From Armatimonadota bacterium (GTDB lineage Bacteria > Armatimonadota > SYMT01): a stretch of DNA of 64,000 nt. The stretch lies in NCBI GenBank assembly GCA_041690135.1, contig JAWLHY010000001.1, positions 384,001 through 448,000 on the forward strand, read 5' to 3'. How positions within the stretch are numbered: the first letter of the stretch is position 1; each line of letters begins with the position of its first letter. The position numbers and the translations under genes are program-made. The notes under the pieces were generated by a model that saw only the letters and a list, made by a program, of their open reading frames with translations, was not told the origin of the DNA and searched no databases. Below, one piece after another: positions 58,198 through 64,000 of the stretch.

Positions 58198-59172
58198 CTA
58201 CTTGAGGGCCTGGACGATCGTTTCGACGTTGTGGCGGACCATGCCGGGGTAGGTCCCGGCCGGGGTGCCCGGCTCGCCCATGGCGTCGGAGAAGAGCTCG
58301 CCGCCGATGACGACGGGATGGCCCTGCGCCTTGCAGCCCTCGACCACCGCCTCGATGGAGCGCTTAGGCACGCTCGACTCGACGAAGACGGCCTTCACAC
58401 CGCGCGAGGTGATCAGCTCCACCATGCGCCGGATGTCTTCCACGCCGTACTCGCTGGAGGTGCTGATGCCCTGGAGGCCCACCACCTCGATGCCGTAGGC
58501 CCGGCTGAAGTAGCCGAAGGCGTCGTGGGCCGTTGCCAGGATCCGCTGTCGTTCCGGAATGGAGGAGATCTGCTCCTTGCACCAGCCGTGCAACTCCTGG
58601 AGCTCGGCCCGGTACTTGTCGCCGTTGTCCGCGTAGAGCGACTTGTTCGAGGGGTCGAGCTCGGAGAGCGCCGCGACCACCGGCGGGATCGTCTGCGACC
58701 AGAGCTCCACGTCGAACCAGATGTGGGGGTCGTAGTGGCCCTGGAACTCCGGCGGCTCGCGCAGCAGCTTGGAATCGATGGCCTCGGATACGGCGACCGT
58801 GGGCTTGCTGCGGGCCATCTTGACGAAGATATCTCCCATCTTGCCTTCCAGCAGGAGGCCGTTGTAGAGGATCACATCAGCCTCGGTCAGTCGGGCGATG
58901 TCCCCCTGGGACGCCTTGTAAAGATGGGGGTCGACGCCGGCGCCCATGAGTTGCGTCACCTCGACCCGCTCGCCGCCGACCCGCCGGGCCGTATCGGCGA
59001 CCATCCCCACGGTGGCCGTGACCCGGATCTTACGGCCCGCCAGGTCCCCGGTAGAGCCCTGCGAGCGTGCAGCGTTGCCGGTCTCACACCCGGAAAGTAC
59101 TGCGGCGGTGCCGGCTAGCGCCCCGCCCAGGGTGAGGAGGAGGGTCCGGTGGATCAACTCTCTCCGTTGCAT
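58198..59172 (-). CDS. Metal ABC substrate-binding lipoprotein (TroA/MntA-like), Tat signal
   Basis: QRRELI...LSGC lipobox; DPHLY, DPHIW, HDAFGYF, SDAMG. Confidence 0.95.
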   Translation of the reverse strand: MQRRELIHRTLLLTLGGALAGTAAVLSGCETGNAARSQGSTGDLAGRKIRVTATVGMVADTARRVGGERVEVTQLMGAGVDPHLYKASQGDIARLTEADVILYNGLLLEGKMGDIFVKMARSKPTVAVSEAIDSKLLREPPEFQGHYDPHIWFDVELWSQTIPPVVAALSELDPSNKSLYADNGDKYRAELQELHGWCKEQISSIPERQRILATAHDAFGYFSRAYGIEVVGLQGISTSSEYGVEDIRRMVELITSRGVKAVFVESSVPKRSIEAVVEGCKAQGHPVVIGGELFSDAMGEPGTPAGTYPGMVRHNVETIVQALK

Positions 59173-59831
59173 TCGTCATCCTTTCGCGACACAAAAATGT
59201 TGCCGGCCAGCTCGCGGCCGATCGCGTGCTCGGTATCGGAGACCCGCACCCGCAGGGGTCCGCCGAACGGCTCCTTGTGGAGCATCTCCACCTGCGTGGA
59301 GGGGTAGAGGCCAAGCCGCCCCATGTAGCGGAGCATCTCCGGGTCCCCGTCCGTCACCCGGCGGATCACCCCGCTTTGCCCCGGCTCCAGCTCCGCCAGC
59401 GTGCCGTGGCGTCGGTTGTCCACCACCCCCTCCTTGGTGGGGATCGGGTCGCCGTGCGGGTCATGCGTGGGAAAGCCCAGGAACTCGTCGATCCGGTCTT
59501 CGAACTCCTCGGAGATCACGTGCTCCAGCTTCTCGGCCTCTGCGTCCACCTGGTCCCAGGTGTAGCCGAGTGCCTCCATCAGGTACGCCTCCAGGAGGCG
59601 GTGATGGCGGATCACCTCCAGGGCGATCTTCTCCCCGGCGGAGGTCAGCGCCAGCTCCTGGCTCCGGCCGTAGTTGACGAGCTTCAACTCCTGGAGTCGC
59701 CGTAGCATTTTGGTGACGGCGGCGGGAGATACCTCGAGCCGGTCGGCCAGCATGGAGGGCGTGACCCGCTCTTCCGCGAGCGAGAGCTTGTAGATGGCTT
59801 TCAGATAGTCCTGGGCGGCTGCGCCGAGCAT
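59154..59831 (-). CDS. mntR: DtxR/MntR family metal-dependent repressor with FeoA domain
   Basis: QDYLKAIY, HHRLLE, EAEKLEH, DPHGDPIP, C-terminal FeoA/SH3. Confidence 0.92.
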   Translation of the reverse strand: MLGAAAQDYLKAIYKLSLAEERVTPSMLADRLEVSPAAVTKMLRRLQELKLVNYGRSQELALTSAGEKIALEVIRHHRLLEAYLMEALGYTWDQVDAEAEKLEHVISEEFEDRIDEFLGFPTHDPHGDPIPTKEGVVDNRRHGTLAELEPGQSGVIRRVTDGDPEMLRYMGRLGLYPSTQVEMLHKEPFGGPLRVRVSDTEHAIGRELAGNIFVSRKDDECNGES

Positions 59832-59844
59832 GGAACGGGTGTCC

Positions 59845-60642
59845 TTACCAGAACCGGACCACGTAGCCGGCTCCGATGAAGAAGTCGGGCGCGGTGTTTG
59901 AGATCCCGAACCCGTAGTGGAGATCGACCTGGGAGTCGGGGGTCAGCGCGTAGGTGAACCCGTTGTGGACCACGTGCGAATCCCCGCTCCCCGGAAAATA
60001 GTCTCCTGCATATTCGAGGAAGGTGCCCCATGGTCCCCCCAGCGACCGGGCGACCGATACGGTGGCGCGCCACGAGAACTCTCGCTGGGCGCCTTGCTTC
60101 GTCCAGAACCCGGCAAAGAGCCCGGCCAGGTCGGTCCGGTCATCCAGGCCGCGCCCCCAGATCAATTGCACTTCGGGGTCCACGGCGCCGCTGGTGAACG
60201 CCCCCGACCCCGTGGGGACAGTGACCCCCGGCATCAGGGCGAGGGTGAGCGGACGGTCGCTGCCCACCAACTGATGCTTGAGGCCGAAGTAGGTGTCGGA
60301 GAAGCCGCTGGTGGAGTTTCCCGATCGCCAGGCCCGGAAGTAGTTGGGCAGTCCCAGGCGCAGCTCGGTCTTCTCCCAGGCTCCATAGCGGAGCAGCGTC
60401 TCGGGAGCGTTGAAGAACTTTACACCGCCGGAGGCCTTCTCGTAGGTGAGGCCGCTCTCGATCTGGAAGGTCCGGTAGTAAAGGACCAGTGGGTTCTCGG
60501 TGAAATCCGGCCGGTCCGTGGTGAGCGGCGGGCGCTCTTCCGGGGCGTCGTCCTGGGCGAACCCGGCAACGGGGGAGAAGGCGATGCACGCAGCGACGAG
60601 GGAGAACAGGTGCTTCCCCGGAAGCCGTACCTTGCGTTTCAT
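59845..60642 (-). CDS. Outer-membrane beta-barrel 'transporter' (Phenol_MetA_deg-like family)
   Basis: Signal peptide; TDRPDFTE motif; LLRYG...ELRL; amphipathic strands ending in aromatic RFW. Confidence 0.8.
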   Translation of the reverse strand: MKRKVRLPGKHLFSLVAACIAFSPVAGFAQDDAPEERPPLTTDRPDFTENPLVLYYRTFQIESGLTYEKASGGVKFFNAPETLLRYGAWEKTELRLGLPNYFRAWRSGNSTSGFSDTYFGLKHQLVGSDRPLTLALMPGVTVPTGSGAFTSGAVDPEVQLIWGRGLDDRTDLAGLFAGFWTKQGAQREFSWRATVSVARSLGGPWGTFLEYAGDYFPGSGDSHVVHNGFTYALTPDSQVDLHYGFGISNTAPDFFIGAGYVVRFW

Positions 60643-60711
60643 GGTTTTGACCCCATTCCTGTTTGGAGAGTGGCGGGGTTTGAATACTGCTGTGCCGCCG
60701 GTAGCTCAAGT

Positions 60712-60756
60712 GATTTAACCTGGGTTAAATCTATCGCGCGCCAGGGGTAGTGTCAA
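60712..60756 (-). promoter_or_regulatory. Sigma70 promoter (TTGACA-17-TAGATT) overlapped by a DtxR/MntR-type palindromic operator GATTTAACC-N2-GGTTAAATC
   Basis: -35 at 60751-60756 and -10 at 60728-60733 on the - strand; perfect 9-bp inverted repeat at 60712-60731. Confidence 0.85.
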
Positions 60757-60839
60757 GGCGGAGACCGGATTCCCGGCGGGTTTAGGAATAGGATTAGAAG
60801 CAGAACCCTCCATCTTTGTCACCACCGGATCGAGGACCC

Positions 60840-62084
60840 ATGCAGGAGTACACGCTACCATTGATGATCGCGGCATTGACCGCGGTACCCTTCATCCTGG
60901 CCTACTGGGTCGGGCGGTTCGTGAGCCGCCGCCGGATGGGTCGTCTCCTGCGGCTGCCGCGGCCGTGGCAGCTTCCCACGTTGGAGGGTTGGGCTCGGAG
61001 CGGCTGGCTCGATCCCGAGCTCATCGAGGCGCTGCCCGCGGAGGTCAGCCCCGCCACGGTCTTCTACCACTGGGCGGCGGTCGACCCCGACGTGGCCCGT
61101 GGCTGGCGCCTGCGGGAGCCGCTGACGGAGACCACCCCCTTCGAGGCGGTGGTGCGCGACGTGTGGCGGAACCTGCCGGCCGACCAGCAGCGGACGGCGC
61201 GGGAACGGTTGGCGGAAGCGGTGGTCACGGCTGGAACGTGGTGGGGCGGTGCCGAACGCGGTTGGACCGGCCGGCCCCTGTCCCTGCCGGCCGCCAGTGT
61301 CCCGAGGAAAGCGCAAGGTCTCCCGCTGCTGGGGATGCCGGACCTCACCGCCGCGCCGATGCCCGGACCGGTCCATGCGGATGCGGCAGCGGCGGAGGCG
61401 GATGGGGTGGACCTCGTGTTGATCCTGGTGGCGTTGCGCGCGTCCCAGCCTCGTTTCATGCACCCCCTGGCGCCCAAGGCCAACTCCACGCACTCGCTCG
61501 TGCAAGGACTGTCCAGCCGGGTGGCGGTAGACGTGGGCCGTCAGGTCGGCGCCCGCGTGGGTGGCATGCTGGGGCCCATCGGGGCGATGGTGGGCCAGTA
61601 CCTGGGGGAAATGGCCGGCACGCTGGGGGCCAGCAAGCTGGCGCAGCAGACGCTTCCGGAGCCGATCGCTTCTTCCGTAAAGCAAACGGAGGAAGCCCTG
61701 GCCCGCCTGGGAGAGCTGGCCATGACCGACGACTTCGCCCGCGGCGCGGGTCAGCCGGCCGAGGCAATCCTGGAGACCGGAAAGCGGGTCGAGGTGATCC
61801 GGGAGGAGCGGAACCGGCGCCTGCGCGAGCGGCTCTGGCCGACCCGCGGGCTGGTACTGGTGGAGGAAGTCCTCTGGGTCGCGCTGGATGAAATGAAGCG
61901 CTACCGCACCGCGGCCGAGGTCTTCGTCAAGACCGCGCGCGAGGCCAACCCGTCGATCGCAGGCGGAATGATCTTGCAAAACCCTTGGCTGGTGCGGAGC
62001 CTGCCGGGTGGGGTGGAGCGCCTCAACGCGGCACGGCAGGCGCTCAACCGGGCGGCCCTGGCGGTGAAGCAGTATCGGGGATAG
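60840..62084 (+). CDS. Hypothetical membrane-anchored protein with a glycine-zipper segment
   Basis: N-terminal TM; GARVGGMLGPIGAMVGQYLG; strong GC3 bias; GAGG RBS. Confidence 0.75.
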   Translation: MQEYTLPLMIAALTAVPFILAYWVGRFVSRRRMGRLLRLPRPWQLPTLEGWARSGWLDPELIEALPAEVSPATVFYHWAAVDPDVARGWRLREPLTETTPFEAVVRDVWRNLPADQQRTARERLAEAVVTAGTWWGGAERGWTGRPLSLPAASVPRKAQGLPLLGMPDLTAAPMPGPVHADAAAAEADGVDLVLILVALRASQPRFMHPLAPKANSTHSLVQGLSSRVAVDVGRQVGARVGGMLGPIGAMVGQYLGEMAGTLGASKLAQQTLPEPIASSVKQTEEALARLGELAMTDDFARGAGQPAEAILETGKRVEVIREERNRRLRERLWPTRGLVLVEEVLWVALDEMKRYRTAAEVFVKTAREANPSIAGGMILQNPWLVRSLPGGVERLNAARQALNRAALAVKQYRG

Positions 62085-62202
62085 CGGGCGCGATGCGAAT
62101 CGTCGCCGGCATAGCTTTCAGCGGAAGCATCCGCCGATAGCCATGGACACCGCACCAGGGGCCGTGCCCGGCCCGCCGACACGGAGGGGGCCGGTGGAAG
62201 GC

Positions 62203-62532
62203 TTACTCCTCGGCCTCGACATTGGCGCCAAAGGCCCGGCAGGTCCGCTTGATCCAGTCCTTCAGTTCGTCGCCGCTGGGATGCTCCGGCTTGAGGTAGT
62301 GCTTCACCAGGTCCACCACCTCCTCACGCGTTCCCATCCCGGCCACCACTCCCGCTTCAAAACGGAAACGGTGGGCCGAGGCGACAATCCGCTTGAGGAC
62401 GGAAATCCGCCCTTCGTCATCCAGCTTCCGGTCGGAGAGCATGGGACGAAGCTGGTAGGTTACCAGGTTGGAATAACGGCGCTGGGCGTCGCTCCGGGAC
62501 ATCTTTTCCCCGGCCCAGGGATCTGAACTCAT
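62203..62532 (-). CDS. Hypothetical protein
   Basis: GGAG RBS before MSSDPW; coding-like bias. Confidence 0.6.
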   Translation of the reverse strand: MSSDPWAGEKMSRSDAQRRYSNLVTYQLRPMLSDRKLDDEGRISVLKRIVASAHRFRFEAGVVAGMGTREEVVDLVKHYLKPEHPSGDELKDWIKRTCRAFGANVEAEE

Positions 62533-62554
62533 GGACGTCACTCCACTGGGCAGG

Positions 62555-62794
62555 TCAACGCCCGAGAAAGATTACGGCCGCCTTGGCATTGCCCCGCACA
62601 ACACGGTCGAAGTCGGCCAGGGCCTTTTCTTGCAGGCCGGGAGGAAGGGCAAACCACTCTTCCTCGGTGACCGGCTCCTGGTCGGACCCGACAAGGGTTA
62701 ACCGTCCACTGCGGAGCCAGGCAAGAAGTTCCGGTCGCTCGCTGGTTCGGGCACCGGTTGGAGACGTCGATGCCCCGGTACTGATGCTGGTCAT
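62555..62794 (-). CDS. Small hypothetical protein
   Basis: AGGAGGA RBS 9 nt before ATG 62794; precedes 62203-62532. Confidence 0.55.
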   Translation of the reverse strand: MTSISTGASTSPTGARTSERPELLAWLRSGRLTLVGSDQEPVTEEEWFALPPGLQEKALADFDRVVRGNAKAAVIFLGR

Positions 62795-63250
62795 CGAGAT
62801 CACTCCTCCTTTTCCGCCCCCTCGCCCCTGGGGCGCTGGTGCGAAACCGGGTGGGTGTGAGGTCCGGGATGCTGTCCCGGGCAGCAGGTGCCTCCTGGAG
62901 AGCGCCCACCGCACCTCGCCTGCTGCACCTGTCCGCTCAGTTTACCTTCCTATTGTGATCCTGTCCAGAGATCTTCCTCCTCATCGCACGCTGATCCGCG
63001 GTCCCTCGCCCTGGAGGCCACTCGCACTCGCATGGCATCAGCAGGCGAAAGGCCACCGCAGTAAAAAGCCGGAGTGCCGCCTCCAAACGGCCACTCCGGC
63101 AGGTCCCCGCGTCAGGGACAGTATCTAGCATGCCGGCATCCCGGCACTTTTCAGCATATCAAACGGACTCTCACAGAACTCTCACAGAACTCCCACAGGG
63201 CCAGACAAGGATGGAGGGGATAAGGATAAGGAAGACTGGAGCGAACGGCG

Positions 63251-64000
63251 CTATCGACTGTCGATTTCTTCGAGTTCACGGAGGATCAGCATGCGCTCGA
63301 CGCGGTCGGTCCAGGGTACGGGGAACTCGGTGCTGGTGCCTTCGGTGCGTTCGATCCACTGTCGCGCCTGGGCTAGCGAGTGCCTCGTTTCCGGGGAAGT
63401 CCCCTCGCCGGTCCGGTGCAGCGTCAGGACGAGATAAAGGTGGTACAGCGTGGCGTCCTCGGCCTTGCCGTCCCGCAGGGCCTGCCGGAGAGCGTCCGCG
63501 GCTTCCGGGTAGCGTCCGGCACGGTAGTAGAGGGCGCCCAGGGTGTGGTGATAGTTCGGGTTATGGGGTTCTCGCACCAGGAGATCCTGCATGATCCGGT
63601 ACGCCCGCCGGAGATTGGCGGGCGCATTTGGCCCCAGAACACAGGTCCAGGCGGTGAGATCCTTTTCATGGAGGCCGCCGGCGGTTTCGAAGCGGTCCAG
63701 CATGGCGGTACAAACCCGCTGGTAAGCATCCCGGTCGCCAGCGGCGAGACGCAGCAGGGCCAGGCTATAGTAGGTGTGACGGTCGTGGCTCCCCATTTCC
63801 ACGGCAACAGCGAGGTCGTCGGCCGCCCGTGCGTAGCGGCCGATCTCGGCTCGCGCCCGCGCCCGCCGGTGCCGGAGAGCTAGTTCCTGAGGGTGAGCCC
63901 GGATCACCTGGTCCAGGTGCGCTGCCGCACCGGCCCACACGCTTGCCTGCTCCAGTTGGTGCGCCATCGCGCGGCTGCGCTCGATCCGCTTTTTTTCGTC
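63251..64000 (-). CDS. TPR-repeat C-terminal part of a larger protein (5' end outside the window)
   Basis: Frame open to the window edge; TLGALYYRAGRY.EA and LALLRLAAGD..AY...C TPR motifs, as seen at the end of kinase/WD40-TPR proteins. Confidence 0.85.
   Translation of the reverse strand, partial: DEKKRIERSRAMAHQLEQASVWAGAAAHLDQVIRAHPQELALRHRRARARAEIGRYARAADDLAVAVEMGSHDRHTYYSLALLRLAAGDRDAYQRVCTAMLDRFETAGGLHEKDLTAWTCVLGPNAPANLRRAYRIMQDLLVREPHNPNYHHTLGALYYRAGRYPEAADALRQALRDGKAEDATLYHLYLVLTLHRTGEGTSPETRHSLAQARQWIERTEGTSTEFPVPWTDRVERMLILRELEEIDSR

Overview
A 64-kb, GC-rich bacterial chromosome segment. The gene content and the many REP-like intergenic repeats resemble Armatimonadota, but that assignment is an inference. 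I see no rRNA, tRNA, CRISPR array, transposase or prophage. Recognisable genes are long-form Lhr helicase, two S8 peptidases, two paralogous WD40 proteins, a Tat-exported serine hydrolase, RelA/SpoT, a PfkB kinase, a class III-like alcohol dehydrogenase, GH2 and GH43 glycosidases, three citrate-synthase-family genes, the methylcitrate genes prpB/prpC/prpD, RecQ, a LOG protein, a PLP aminotransferase with cysteine synthase, and a DtxR/MntR-controlled metal ABC operon with a visible promoter and operator. Most interesting: (1) two genes broken by an in-frame TGA followed by a SECIS-like hairpin, namely an exported BCP/PrxQ peroxiredoxin with TGA at the peroxidatic Cys position and an FGE/SUMF1-family protein whose conserved GFRC end lies after the TGA, both probably exported selenoproteins; (2) a tightly coupled operon with two glutaminase-less asparagine-synthetase-like ligases, a Zn-ribbon/membrane/degenerate-TOPRIM protein, a cupin and a membrane-anchored CBM-like protein, which I cannot match to a known pathway; (3) a stand-alone cyanophycin-synthetase N-terminal metallopeptidase-like domain; (4) several structured non-coding repeat families. 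Start codons were chosen by eye from RBS and homology cues, and all family assignments come from motif recognition, not database searches.
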